A DNA stretch of 64,000 bases from an uncultured cyanobacterium (GCA_963803805.1 CAWDOD010000011.1:96001-160000), one strand, 5' to 3'; numbered from the stretch's first letter, positions 9,277 to 19,850 are shown. Program-made: numbers and translations. Notes: generated from the letters alone by a model not told the origin.

Positions 9277-10146
9277 ATGCAAGGTTTTTTAAACTTAAAT
9301 AAGCCTCCTGGCTTTACCTCCCACGACTGTGTTGCCAAGGTGCGGCGACTATTACAAACCAAAAAAGTTGGCCATGGCGGCACTTTAGATCCTGCGGCTA
9401 CAGGAGTATTGCCCATTGCAGTAGGTAAAGCAACCCGGTTATTGCAATTTCTGCCCCCAGAAAAAGCTTATCGGGCTAAAATCCGCTTGGGCTTACAGAC
9501 AGACACTGATGATCTTGAAGGAGAGGTTATTGCTACCCATTCTGCTTTGCACTTAACTTTAGCAGCAGTGGAAGCAGTTTTAGGACAATTCACTGGAGAA
9601 ATTGCCCAAATCCCCCCTACTTACAGTGCCATCAAACGTCAAGGAAAAAAGCTCTATGAGTTAGCTAGGAAGGGTGATAAAGTAGAGGTTGCACCCAGAA
9701 TGGTTGAAATTGACAAAATTGAAGTTTTAGCTTGGCAGCCGGGAGAAAAGCCAGAGTTAGAAGTTGCGATCACCTGTGGCCCTGGGACTTATATAAGGGC
9801 GATCGCCAGGGACTTAGGAAACTTACTTCAAGTTGGTGGTACTTTAGCTAACTTGGTACGAACACAGAGTTGTGGTTTACAGTTAGCACAAAGCGTAACT
9901 TTTGCAGAATTAGAAGCCGGAAATCAGCAGTTAATTCCTCCTGATGTAGCACTCAGACATTTACCCAAACTAACTTTATCAACCCCAAAAGCCCAGGGTT
10001 GGTGTCAGGGACAAAAGATTAGCTTAGAACCAGAGGAGCAGATAAATTTGAGTCCGTTTTATCGAGTTCATAGTCAACAGGGAGGCTTTTTAGGTATAGC
10101 AGAAATAATTGAGCATCAGCTTAAACCAAAAATCGTCTTCTCTTGA
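9277..10146 (+). CDS. truB: tRNA pseudouridine(55) synthase
   Basis: KVGHGGTLDP, PPTYSAIK and GTYIRAIARD motifs. Confidence 0.95.
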   Translation: MQGFLNLNKPPGFTSHDCVAKVRRLLQTKKVGHGGTLDPAATGVLPIAVGKATRLLQFLPPEKAYRAKIRLGLQTDTDDLEGEVIATHSALHLTLAAVEAVLGQFTGEIAQIPPTYSAIKRQGKKLYELARKGDKVEVAPRMVEIDKIEVLAWQPGEKPELEVAITCGPGTYIRAIARDLGNLLQVGGTLANLVRTQSCGLQLAQSVTFAELEAGNQQLIPPDVALRHLPKLTLSTPKAQGWCQGQKISLEPEEQINLSPFYRVHSQQGGFLGIAEIIEHQLKPKIVFS

Positions 10147-10269
10147 GCTTTTTGACCCAATGACTATTCTCTAGTCCCTTCTAAACTTAACTTGCTGCTA
10201 GCATAGTTTTACCTCTGGGTGAGAAAATAATTCCCTACCGCCTCTGCTTTTTTTGCTACCACAATCGCC

Positions 10270-11475
10270 ATGAGTTTAAATTGGATTACCCCTGCTAAAC
10301 GTGTTGCTGCCTTACCACCCTACGTTTTCGCCCGTCTGGATGAATTAAAAGCCCGGGCCAGAGAACAGGGTTTAGACTTGATAGATTTAGGTATGGGCAA
10401 CCCCGATGGTTCTCCCCCTCAACCAGTTATTGATGCGGCGATCGCCGCTTTACAAACACCAAGTAATCATGGCTATCCTCCTTTTGAAGGTACTGCCAGT
10501 TTCCGCCAGGCAATTACCTCTTGGTATAAGCGTTGCTACGACGTTAATCTTGATCCTGACGGAGAGGCTTTACCTTTAATTGGTTCTAAGGAAGGATTAA
10601 CTCACCTAGCCCTTGCTTATATTAATCCAGGAGATTTGGTTTTAGTTCCCAGTCCTGCTTATCCGGCCCATTTTCGTGGCCCTTTAATTGCTGGAGGGCG
10701 TTTACATCAACTCCTCCTTACTGAAGAAAATGATTGGTTAATTGACTTAGCTGCTATTCCTGATTCCATTGCTGAAGAAGCCAAAATTCTTTACTTCAAC
10801 TATCCCAGCAATCCTACCACTGCCACTGCACCAAGAGAGTTTTTTGAGGAGATGGTTGCTTTTGCCCGCCGCTACGAAATTCTTTTAGTTCATGATCTTT
10901 GTTATGCTGAGTTGGCCTTTGACGGTTATCAACCTACCAGTTTGTTAGAAATTCCTGGGGCTAAAGATATTGGTGTGGAGTTTCATACCCTTTCTAAAAC
11001 CTACAATATGGCAGGTTGGCGGGTTGGTTTTGTGGTGGGAAATAACCAGATTATTCAAGGGTTGCGGACTCTAAAAACTAACTTAGATTACGGTATCTTC
11101 GCGGCGATCCAAACTGCGGCCGAAACGGCTTTACAGTTACCGGATGTTTATATTAAAAAAGTACAAGAACGTTACAGTACTCGCCGGGATTTTGTGATTC
11201 AAGGTTTAGGGGAATTAGGCTGGCAAATTCCTAAATCTAAAGCAACTATGTATCTTTGGGTAAAAAGTCCTGTAGGAATTAGTTCTACCGATTTTGCTTT
11301 AAAAGTTTTACAGAATACTGGAGTAGTGGTAACTCCCGGTAATGCCTTCGGTGATGGGGGAGAAGGCTATGTCAGGATTAGTTTAATTGCTGATTGCGAT
11401 CGCTTGGGAGAAGCTATAAACCGCCTCAAGAAAGCAGGATTTCGTTACAGATTTGAGGAGGCGGTAGAAGCTTAA
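10270..11475 (+). CDS. PLP-dependent class I/II aminotransferase (aspartate/LL-DAP aminotransferase-like)
   Basis: DLGMGNPD, NYPSNPT, DLCY and SKTYNMAGWRVG motifs. Confidence 0.85.
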   Translation: MSLNWITPAKRVAALPPYVFARLDELKARAREQGLDLIDLGMGNPDGSPPQPVIDAAIAALQTPSNHGYPPFEGTASFRQAITSWYKRCYDVNLDPDGEALPLIGSKEGLTHLALAYINPGDLVLVPSPAYPAHFRGPLIAGGRLHQLLLTEENDWLIDLAAIPDSIAEEAKILYFNYPSNPTTATAPREFFEEMVAFARRYEILLVHDLCYAELAFDGYQPTSLLEIPGAKDIGVEFHTLSKTYNMAGWRVGFVVGNNQIIQGLRTLKTNLDYGIFAAIQTAAETALQLPDVYIKKVQERYSTRRDFVIQGLGELGWQIPKSKATMYLWVKSPVGISSTDFALKVLQNTGVVVTPGNAFGDGGEGYVRISLIADCDRLGEAINRLKKAGFRYRFEEAVEA

Positions 11476-11525
11476 GGTTTATTGTCAATCGATGGGTGAA
11501 GGTAAAGCTTTTTCTAGCTTCCTAC

Positions 11526-11756
11526 TTAACGGGATAGATTTTTGCTGTCGTAAGCATCCAAGCTATAGATAGGAACACGAACGGCATAATTTACTTCTTG
11601 TCCGGTGATAGATTTTGACAATTGTTCAAAACCAGAGGAGTTCCAGTTGCGGTTGTGGATAGGCTTAGACTGTTCTCCTCTGAAGTAAGCTTGAGTTCCT
11701 AAGACCGCAGCAGCAACCCAACCAATGACAAATAGTGCAGTTAAAATAGTTAGCAT
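11526..11756 (-). CDS. psb35: Photosystem II assembly protein Psb35-like, single TM
   Basis: GWVAAAVLGTQAYFRGEQSKPIH..NW matches the Psb35 family as recalled; AGGAG SD upstream. Confidence 0.7.
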   Translation of the reverse strand: MLTILTALFVIGWVAAAVLGTQAYFRGEQSKPIHNRNWNSSGFEQLSKSITGQEVNYAVRVPIYSLDAYDSKNLSR

Positions 11757-11791
11757 TAATTTTGCTCCTGAAAGCTTTTATTTTTTCTCTT

Positions 11792-11809
11792 AATGTAAAC
11801 TATTGTAAC
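11792..11809 (-). promoter_or_regulatory. HLR1 (RpaB-binding) motif
   Basis: Minus strand GTTACAAT-AG-TTTACATT matches (G/T)TTACA(T/A)(T/A)-N2-(G/T)TTACA(T/A)(T/A) exactly. Confidence 0.75.
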
Positions 11810-11848
11810 TAACATTTTAAGGTTTGTAAATAAGAGTTGACTTTTTTC

Positions 11849-13666
11849 TCATTTTCCTTTGCAAGCTTTTACTTGATCGTTAAAAATCCAGCCTCGGCTA
11901 CCGTCAACCATCTCAACTTGGACAAAGGCATTTTGAGTTTCTACTAAGGCAACTTCAGTACCCTTACTAAGGGTCTTTCCCGTATCTGCTTCCCTAGAAG
12001 GTTTGTCAAAAACCCTAGCAATACTCCCTCCTACCGGAGAAATCACTCGGCAATTTTCGGGAGTAATGGGTGAGTTTGTTTCCGAGTCAGTTTTCTGATC
12101 TGAAGTCTCTTCAAGGGAGGAAATAGACTGGCTAGGTTGATTACTAAACATTAAGTTCCATCCCAAAATACTACCAACTATAGCGATCGCCGCTACTGCC
12201 AAGCCAGTTGTTCCCCAAATCAGTAACTTGTTTTCAGGGGAATTAGCGGTGGGAAGTTGAGTAATTAAAGGTAATGGAGAAGAAACTGCAATGGTTTTAT
12301 CTTCTCTAACTGGAGTTTCCTGAGAGGGTGTTAAGGTGGTTGCTACGGCTTGAGGGGGTGTAATCTGTGGTGGTTCAACAGATTGTTCTTCTTGAACTGC
12401 ATCTAACTGCTTGAGACTAATTTCTGTGACCTGAAAATCCACCTGTCCTAACCGAAAAGTACTACCTTTATTGAGAGGCAATTCTCCTACAGGTAAAGAC
12501 TGTCCATTCACTATTAAAGGATTACTTTCCCTTAAGGAACGAATGAAAAAACTATCTTGCTGAGGCTGGACAAAAATTTCTGCATGGAGTCCTGAAACTG
12601 TAGCATCAGACAAAACCAAATCGCATAAACTAGGATTGCGCCCCAAACGGAAAGTGCCAGGAGTTTTACTAAGTTGCCCTTCTCGAATAACCTGCTTCTT
12701 GGGTTCTCCTGCCTCCACCCAACTGAGAGTTAACTCTTTTATATGGTTGTTATGGCTAGGCGGATCAACAACAGCAATAGGAACAGGATGAGAAGGTATG
12801 TAATCTCTGGCTATTTGTACTGTAGGCATATTGTGGGGGCTTGCTAACTGTTGAACTGCTTGTAAGGCCTCTAATGCCGTTTCATAGCGGTCTTTGAAGT
12901 GATAGCGTACCATCTTAGTTAATACGGCAGCCAAACCAGCACTTACTGGCACTAATTGTCGCCAAAGTAGTTCTCCTGTATGAGGATCTTCTGGTATTTG
13001 GTAAGGATGAACACCAGTTAGGGCTTGAATACCGATAGTCCCTAAAGAATAAATATCGCTGTTGGGGCGGGGACTACCTCTTCCTTGTTCAGTGGACATA
13101 TAACCAGGAGTACCTACGGTAACAGAAACACTTACTGAACCAGCTTCTAAAGCATTTGGGTTGCGTATTTGTTTAATTGCCCCAAAATCGATGAGAACTA
13201 ACTTACTGTTAGAAGCCCTGCGAATCAGGTTATCTGGTTTGATATCTCGATGAATAACTGATTGTCCGTGGATAAAAACGAGAATTTGCAGAATTTCTTG
13301 TAGTAACTCAATTACTTGACTCTCTGGCCACTGTTGTCCTGGTAATAATTCTTCATTCAGGGTATGTCCTTCAATATATTCTTGTGCTAAATAAAATTCT
13401 TGGTCTTCTTCAAAGTAAGCTAAAAGTCTGGGAATATGATGATATTCTCCCAGTTTCTCTAATATCTCTGCTTCTTTATGAAATAACTTTCTAGCAGTTT
13501 CTAAAATTTGAAAATCATTGCTAGCAGGTTTGAGATGTTTAAGTACACATTTAGGGTTACTCGGTCGGTGAGTATCTTCAACAATATAGGTTTTGCCAAA
13601 ACCTCCAGAACCGAGGGCTTGTAAAACTCTATAATGCCCAGCTAACAATTCACCTATCATATTCAA
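11849..13666 (-). CDS. Ser/Thr protein kinase with FHA domain, TM helix and C-terminal SH3-like domain (start 13666 TTG or 13660 ATG)
   Basis: GSGGFG, HRDIKPDN and DFG; FHA GRNP..VSGLHA..SN; hydrophobic TM; C-terminal GSRGWI. Confidence 0.85.
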   Translation of the reverse strand: MNMIGELLAGHYRVLQALGSGGFGKTYIVEDTHRPSNPKCVLKHLKPASNDFQILETARKLFHKEAEILEKLGEYHHIPRLLAYFEEDQEFYLAQEYIEGHTLNEELLPGQQWPESQVIELLQEILQILVFIHGQSVIHRDIKPDNLIRRASNSKLVLIDFGAIKQIRNPNALEAGSVSVSVTVGTPGYMSTEQGRGSPRPNSDIYSLGTIGIQALTGVHPYQIPEDPHTGELLWRQLVPVSAGLAAVLTKMVRYHFKDRYETALEALQAVQQLASPHNMPTVQIARDYIPSHPVPIAVVDPPSHNNHIKELTLSWVEAGEPKKQVIREGQLSKTPGTFRLGRNPSLCDLVLSDATVSGLHAEIFVQPQQDSFFIRSLRESNPLIVNGQSLPVGELPLNKGSTFRLGQVDFQVTEISLKQLDAVQEEQSVEPPQITPPQAVATTLTPSQETPVREDKTIAVSSPLPLITQLPTANSPENKLLIWGTTGLAVAAIAIVGSILGWNLMFSNQPSQSISSLEETSDQKTDSETNSPITPENCRVISPVGGSIARVFDKPSREADTGKTLSKGTEVALVETQNAFVQVEMVDGSRGWIFNDQVKACKGK

Positions 13667-14187
13667 TATTGCCTGGTATAAATAGTACCTACGGTAAGTT
13701 TATCTTGACAGATTTAGTAGATAAATAGGTAGATTTTTATACTAATATAATTTCTTGCTTCCTCTCCTAGTTTAGTTTATTAGGGAGTAGATTATTACGT
13801 TTTTTCGGAATAAAGTTTTTTCGACGAGAAAATAAAAATACATGGGTATTTAAGTATCTATAGCTATGCTCACTACCCTTGATTTGCCGATTTTCAACTA
13901 CTTAACTGAAGAACTTTACTTGCTATATATATATAGGTGATTATTTTAGATATCTTTTCAGAAAGACCTTTCTACAAAGTGACGAAGTTTTTACTTAAAT
14001 AATTAACTTACCTTAAGTAAGATTAATCTTCTAAAATTATTTTGAGCAGAGACAAAATTTATCTAAAAAGAACTTTTTAGCCACTTTTCTACTTTCTTGT
14101 CATTAAAAACACCATCAAAAATAAACTTATACAAAATAAACATATGCGAAAACGCGATCGCAAACACAGCCCTCCCATACTAAATAT

Positions 14188-14296
14188 AGAGGTTCAAATT
14201 GATCTGTTAGTTTATCTGACAGCAAGGAGACTTTCTGGTAGAACCAAATCACCCCCCATATCCTCCTCTTATACTCTTAAGAGGAGGATTTTTTTA
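14188..14296 (+). ncRNA. Candidate small RNA
   Basis: -10-like CATACT at 14176-14181, paired stems, a C-rich linker and a strong terminator, with no obvious protein gene to terminate. Confidence 0.4.
14260..14296 (+). terminator. Rho-independent terminator
   Basis: ATCCTCCTCTTA-tactct-TAAGAGGAGGAT followed by a T-run. Confidence 0.75.
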
Positions 14297-14603
14297 TTTC
14301 TTCTTAGCCTTCAACAATAACAAGCCGTACAATAAATAGTTGTGAGCAACATAGTAGGTTGGGTTAGACCTTAGACAGAACACAAATTAAGAAACAGTTC
14401 TTTTTGTGGTCATCCAACAATCCCACCCAAAAGAAGTTAAGCTGTTAAGCATTTCAATTAGCCATTAGCTATAGAATGGAGATTATCACGTTGTTCTAAA
14501 ACAAATTTAGCAACAATCAAATATAGACAAGTATTTTTAGCGGCTGTATCAGCTAGTAAATTCCAAAACAACCTCCCTACCAAACTAATCAGCAACTAAA
14601 ATT

Positions 14604-17600
14604 ATGTTTGTTGACTTTTTTATCAGAAGGCCTGTATTTACCACCGTTTGCTCCTTAATTATCATTTTGGTGGGGGCTGTTAGCATACCAACCTTACCCG
14701 TAGCCCAATATCCTGACATTAGCCCCAAACAAGTTAACGTTACTGCGAATTACAATGGTGCTGATGCACAAACCGTAGAAAATGCTGTCACCACAATTTT
14801 AGAGCGGCAAATTAACGGTGTGGAAGGGATGCGCTACATGACTTCCAGTAGTAGTAATAACGGCAGCAGCAATATTACTATTACCTTTGAACCAGGACGA
14901 GATCAAGATATTGCGGCAGTTGATGTCCAAAACCGCGTTTCTGTTGCTGAACCTCAACTGCCAGAAACCGTAAATCAAACAGGAGTAACAGTCAGTAAAC
15001 AATCTAGTAACATTCTGATGGGGTTTGGACTCTATACAGAAGAAGGGGAATACGATAACGTATTTTTGAGTAACTACGCCGACCTTTATATGGTGGATGC
15101 TCTCAAAAGAGTAAACGGTGTGGGCAATGTCCGGATTTTTGGGGAACGCAAATATGCTATGCGTCTGTGGTTAGATCCGCAACGTTTAGCCAGTCGTAAT
15201 TTAACAGGACAAGATGTAGTAAATGCCCTACGGGAACAAAATATTCAAGTGGGTGCAGGAAGCATTGGGCAGCAACCAGCACCGGAAGATCAGCAATTCC
15301 AGATTGATTTGCGGGCAGTTAGTCGTCTTACGGATGTTGCTGAGTTTGAAGATATTATTTTAGAAACAGGGGAAGATGGCAGTTTAGTCAAGCTTAAAGA
15401 TGTAGGGCGAGCAGAATTAGGAGCAGAAAACTATAGTACCTTCTTGCGCTTTCGTGGGAAAGAAGCAGTTGGTTTAGGGATTTACCAAGTTCCTGGTAGT
15501 AATGCTTTGGAAGTGGGACAGGCTGTTAAAGCAGAAATGAAACGCCTTGCTTTAGATTTTCCCCCAGGAATGCAGTATGACATTGGTTTTGATACCACTG
15601 CTTTTGTAGAAGAATCTTTAACTAGGGTGGTTTGGACACTCATACAAGCAGTCGGGTTAGTGGTTTTGGTGATTTTTATCTTTTTACAAGACTGGCGCAC
15701 CACCATTATTCCCGCCATCACTATTCCAATAGCTTTAATTGGTACTTTTGCTTTTGTTAAAGTTTTTAACTTCTCCATCAACAGCTTAACTTTATTCGGT
15801 CTTACCCTCGCCACAGGGATGGTGGTAGACGATGCCATTGTGGTAGTGGAGGATATTGCTAATAAAATTCAAAACCAAGGCATGAAACCTCGCCAAGCAG
15901 CTATGGCTTCCATGCACGAGTTAGTGGGGGCGGTAATTGCAACTTCCTTGGTGTTAATGGCTGTTTTTATCCCCGTCGCCTTTTTTCCTGGTACAACAGG
16001 GGCATTGTACCGTCAATTTGCTTTAACTATCGCCTTTGCCATCGCCCTTTCCACCTTCAATGCCCTTACCCTAACTCCTACCCTTGCCGGTTTATTATTA
16101 CGGCCTAAACCCAGGAGTAGGGGCTGGCTGGGGAGAATTTTCCATCAGTTTAATCGCTTCTTAGATTGGGTACAAAAACGCTATCGCCACATAATTGATG
16201 TTCTTACCCATTTCAAAACAATTGTGGTGCTAGTTTTTACTGTTTTTTTAGCCCTGACAGTTTGGTTTTATACTGTTGTCCCTTCTGCGTTCCTTCCTGA
16301 TGAAGATCAGGGTTACTTTATTACCATTATTCAAGGCCCAGAAGGAGTTTCTCTTAATTACACCAGCGATGTAATGCAGCAAATTGAAAAAGTGATTTTA
16401 CCCATAGATGAAGTCAAAGCTACCTTTGCTGTCGGTGGGTTTGGCTTTAGTGGTAGTACTGCTAATAGCGCCATCATTTTTACAACCCTCATACCTTGGG
16501 GAGAACGTACTGGGGCTGAACAATCAGCCCAGGCTATTATTAGTAAAGTTCAAGGTTCCATTGCTAACATCACTGAAGCAAGGATATTACCGGTTAATCC
16601 CCCAGCTATTCGTGGTTTAGGTAGTTTTGGAGGTTTCCAATTCCAACTCCAAGATCGTCGAGGCAATTCAGGTTTAGATGCCTTAATTGCTAATATGGGT
16701 AAGTTACTGGGGGCCGCTAACGAAAACCCCAATCTCCAAGCGGTGTTTAGTACCTATGCAGCCAACACTCCTCAACTACTCATTGATGTTAACCGCAATC
16801 TGGCTAAAGCTTTGGATGTGGATATTGACGATATCTTTAATACCCTACAAACCTATTTGGGTTCTCGCTATGTCAATGACTTCACCTTAGATCAGCGCAC
16901 TTATCGAGTTTATGTCCAAGCAGACCAACAATATCGCTCCAATCCTGAAGATATCAATCAACTCTACGTCCGTTCTAATCGTGATGAGATGATTCCTTTA
17001 AGTAATTTAGTCACTATCACACCGCAAACAGGAGCGCAAACCATTAACCACTATAACCTCTTTCGTTCCATAGAAATTAACGGTGGTGCGGCCCCCGGTA
17101 AAAGTTCTGGGGATGCCATCACAGCTATGAAACAAGTTGCTACTCAGGTTTTGCCCCCCGGTTTAGGTTATGAATGGTCTGGTACTTCCTTAGAAGAGAT
17201 TGAATCTGGTGGGCAAGCACCTATCATTTTTAGTTTAGGGCTAGTATTGGTTTTCCTCGTCCTAGCGGCTCAATACGAAAGCTATGTAGACCCGATTATT
17301 ATTATGCTATCAGTTCCCCTCGCTGTATTCGGAGCGCTTTTGGCACAATTTCTTCGGGGAATGCCTAACGATGTTTACTGTCAAATTGGTTTAGTAATGT
17401 TGATTGGTTTAGCTAGTAAAAACTCGATTTTAATTGTTGAGTTTGCTAACCAACTCAGGGAACAAGGCTCAAGCATTACCAAAGCAGCCGTAGAAGCAGC
17501 ACAACAGCGTCTACGTCCCATTCTCATGACAGCGATTTCTACCCTAAGTAGTATTTTCCCTTTAACCATCGCTAGCGGTGCAGGGGCCGCTAGCCGTCAA

Positions 17601-17792
17601 TCCCTTGGTACAGCAGTGTTTGGTGGTATGTTCGTAGCTACTTTCTTAAGCCTGTTCGTTGTCCCCATTATTTATATTGTCATCGAATCATTAAGCGATC
17701 GCTTCTTTAATTCCGAATCCCACCAACAAAAAGCTACTAAGAAGGAAAAGCCTAAGCCTAAACCAGAAATGACAGGAGTTTCAGGGAAGTAA
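14604..17792 (+). CDS. RND efflux permease (AcrB/HAE1 family)
   Basis: FFIRRPVF, PVAQYP, VDDAIVVVE and RLRPILMT motifs; 1062 aa. Confidence 0.95.
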   Translation: MFVDFFIRRPVFTTVCSLIIILVGAVSIPTLPVAQYPDISPKQVNVTANYNGADAQTVENAVTTILERQINGVEGMRYMTSSSSNNGSSNITITFEPGRDQDIAAVDVQNRVSVAEPQLPETVNQTGVTVSKQSSNILMGFGLYTEEGEYDNVFLSNYADLYMVDALKRVNGVGNVRIFGERKYAMRLWLDPQRLASRNLTGQDVVNALREQNIQVGAGSIGQQPAPEDQQFQIDLRAVSRLTDVAEFEDIILETGEDGSLVKLKDVGRAELGAENYSTFLRFRGKEAVGLGIYQVPGSNALEVGQAVKAEMKRLALDFPPGMQYDIGFDTTAFVEESLTRVVWTLIQAVGLVVLVIFIFLQDWRTTIIPAITIPIALIGTFAFVKVFNFSINSLTLFGLTLATGMVVDDAIVVVEDIANKIQNQGMKPRQAAMASMHELVGAVIATSLVLMAVFIPVAFFPGTTGALYRQFALTIAFAIALSTFNALTLTPTLAGLLLRPKPRSRGWLGRIFHQFNRFLDWVQKRYRHIIDVLTHFKTIVVLVFTVFLALTVWFYTVVPSAFLPDEDQGYFITIIQGPEGVSLNYTSDVMQQIEKVILPIDEVKATFAVGGFGFSGSTANSAIIFTTLIPWGERTGAEQSAQAIISKVQGSIANITEARILPVNPPAIRGLGSFGGFQFQLQDRRGNSGLDALIANMGKLLGAANENPNLQAVFSTYAANTPQLLIDVNRNLAKALDVDIDDIFNTLQTYLGSRYVNDFTLDQRTYRVYVQADQQYRSNPEDINQLYVRSNRDEMIPLSNLVTITPQTGAQTINHYNLFRSIEINGGAAPGKSSGDAITAMKQVATQVLPPGLGYEWSGTSLEEIESGGQAPIIFSLGLVLVFLVLAAQYESYVDPIIIMLSVPLAVFGALLAQFLRGMPNDVYCQIGLVMLIGLASKNSILIVEFANQLREQGSSITKAAVEAAQQRLRPILMTAISTLSSIFPLTIASGAGAASRQSLGTAVFGGMFVATFLSLFVVPIIYIVIESLSDRFFNSESHQQKATKKEKPKPKPEMTGVSGK

Positions 17793-17962
17793 TTTGGGAG
17801 ACGGGGAGATCAGGAGATGAGGATGTCAAGGAACAACATTAAATAAGTAAACGTCAATAAAGAGCTAGTAACTACTAGAGTTTTCATTAAAAACATTAGA
17901 ATTTAAGTGGACTTAATATCACTTTTGCTTTCGCCAAGAAATTTCAACTTTTGAACTGTTAT

Positions 17963-18490
17963 ATGAACAACCTGGTATTAAATTCCAAGCAAAAACTTTT
18001 CCGACCAACTATCATAGCCTCCCTAATCGCCTTAGCCGGGATAGGAAGTACTTTTTTGGTTGCTAAAGGGGCGATCGCCCAATCTTCTCCGCCAATTTTT
18101 GAAAATGTCATTATCGCTCCTGGATTTGATCCAGAAACCGTTAAAATCAGAGGTATTAGTGGTGGTCCAGTATCTGCTAGCAGTGTGGCTGGTAGATTAG
18201 AAACTGATACAGGGCCTTGTGTTGGCTTTATTGACGAACAACCAGATCATACTCTAACCCTAACTCAGTTCTTTAACTTCCTCAGTCTCCAAGTCAAAAG
18301 CTCTGGGGATACAACTTTAATTGTACAAGGGCCAGGAGGTAGTTGGTGTAACGACGATGCCACAGGGCAAAATCCTGGTATTTCCGGTCAATGGCTAGAA
18401 GGTATTTACAAAATTTGGATTGGTTCTTACAAAGATCAATCTGCTCAAGAAGTTGAGTATCATCCTTATGTTATTTATATTTCTGAGTAA
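17963..18490 (+). CDS. Secreted hypothetical protein
   Basis: Signal peptide ending AIA-Q; CVG..PDH, WCNDD and WIGS motifs. Confidence 0.7.
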   Translation: MNNLVLNSKQKLFRPTIIASLIALAGIGSTFLVAKGAIAQSSPPIFENVIIAPGFDPETVKIRGISGGPVSASSVAGRLETDTGPCVGFIDEQPDHTLTLTQFFNFLSLQVKSSGDTTLIVQGPGGSWCNDDATGQNPGISGQWLEGIYKIWIGSYKDQSAQEVEYHPYVIYISE

Positions 18491-18515
18491 TGAAAACAAT
18501 TAGCTATTAGCTACT

Positions 18516-19850
18516 TCAAACACTATCAGTAACACTACTAAATTTAAAAGCCTTAACCTTAACTCCCGGAACCACTGTATTACCAAAACGTTGCACCCGA
18601 CTAACAGCTTCTACATTGGCTAGCATTTCTGGCAAAAGCTGATTGAAGCGCAAATTCTTAATGGGATAGGCGATTTTACCATCCTCAATCCAAAATGTAC
18701 CATCGCGAGTCATTCCGGTAACTTCTAAGGTACGAGGATTAACATAACGCACATACCAGGCTCGATTAACAAAGATTCCTCTTTCTGTTTGGGCAATTAA
18801 GTCGGCGTTACTCTGGTTGGAACCCTCCATAACAATGGGATAAAGGCCTCCTGTGGGTTTTTGCCCCTTAAGTTGCCCCCAATAACGACTGTAACCTAGG
18901 GTTTTGGGGATACCATCTTGGATAATTGTTAAAGGATTATTGCTCAAACCATCTTGAAAAAAAGTACTTCCTTGAATCAAAGCATGGCAAGGATCTCGCT
19001 TTACCTGTACCAATGGACTAAATATTTGTTCCCCTAAGCGGTTGCCAGAACCATCTTTACCAGCCATGAATGAACGCCCCTCATCTGCTGCCCTAGCATC
19101 TAAGTTCCAAGTTACCCAAGGTAACAGAGAGGCGAATGCTGCCCCGTTGAAAACTACGGGATAGACTCCTGGAGAAATATCGCGGGGATGGCGGGAAGCT
19201 AAGGCCCTTTCTATAACCTCTTCGGTAATTTTCTCAATGGGTAAATTAGCAATGGCAAAGCTGGTATTATGTCCCCAACTAGAACCATCACCACTTTTAG
19301 CAGTGAAACTAAAATCTGCTTCTGTGGTGCGATCGCAAGCCCTTAATCCTTGAGAATTACCCACTGCTTTAATGTATGTATCACTGCTCAGGGTTCCAGA
19401 ACCCTTAACTCCCACTTTAGCGCTCATCGCACAAACTCGCTTCACCATTTTTCCCTTAGTTAAGGGAGAAAGAATTGCTGTTCTCTGATCAAAAGCAGGG
19501 GTACGGTTTTCGTAAGTTTGGGGAGGGAGTAACTCAACCCATTCCGGATCTTCCGGGGCAAATTGGGCTAAATCTTCAGAACGTTGAATCGCTTGGGAAA
19601 TCGCGGCTTCATCAAGTTCTGTGGTAGAAGCAGAAGCACTACACTTACCAAAATAACTAGTAATTTCTAAGGTGAAGCGATCCCGATTAATATTCTGGCT
19701 AATTTGATTTTCGCAAAAGCGACTGAGGGTAGATGCGTTCTGAGTTAACTTAACAAAAACACCTTCAGCTTGGGATTTTTTAATAGTTGTATCTATGAGG
19801 CTTAAAGCTTCATCTTTTCCTAAAAGTGTTGGGGCTAGGGCTATACTCAC
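18516..19850 (-). CDS. TldD/PmbA family protein (TldE-like)
   Basis: RFCENQISQN, PGVYPVVF and TGMTRDGTFWIEDG; no HExxH motif. Confidence 0.85.
   Translation of the reverse strand: MSIALAPTLLGKDEALSLIDTTIKKSQAEGVFVKLTQNASTLSRFCENQISQNINRDRFTLEITSYFGKCSASASTTELDEAAISQAIQRSEDLAQFAPEDPEWVELLPPQTYENRTPAFDQRTAILSPLTKGKMVKRVCAMSAKVGVKGSGTLSSDTYIKAVGNSQGLRACDRTTEADFSFTAKSGDGSSWGHNTSFAIANLPIEKITEEVIERALASRHPRDISPGVYPVVFNGAAFASLLPWVTWNLDARAADEGRSFMAGKDGSGNRLGEQIFSPLVQVKRDPCHALIQGSTFFQDGLSNNPLTIIQDGIPKTLGYSRYWGQLKGQKPTGGLYPIVMEGSNQSNADLIAQTERGIFVNRAWYVRYVNPRTLEVTGMTRDGTFWIEDGKIAYPIKNLRFNQLLPEMLANVEAVSRVQRFGNTVVPGVKVKAFKFSSVTDSV

Noticed and set aside
14191-14200. GGTTCAAAT resembling a tRNA T-loop
   Set aside because: No cloverleaf, acceptor stem or T-stem closure around it.
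14143-14319. 58-codon ORF MRKRDRKH... across the candidate sRNA
   Set aside because: No SD, runs through a strong terminator, and has no recognisable motif.
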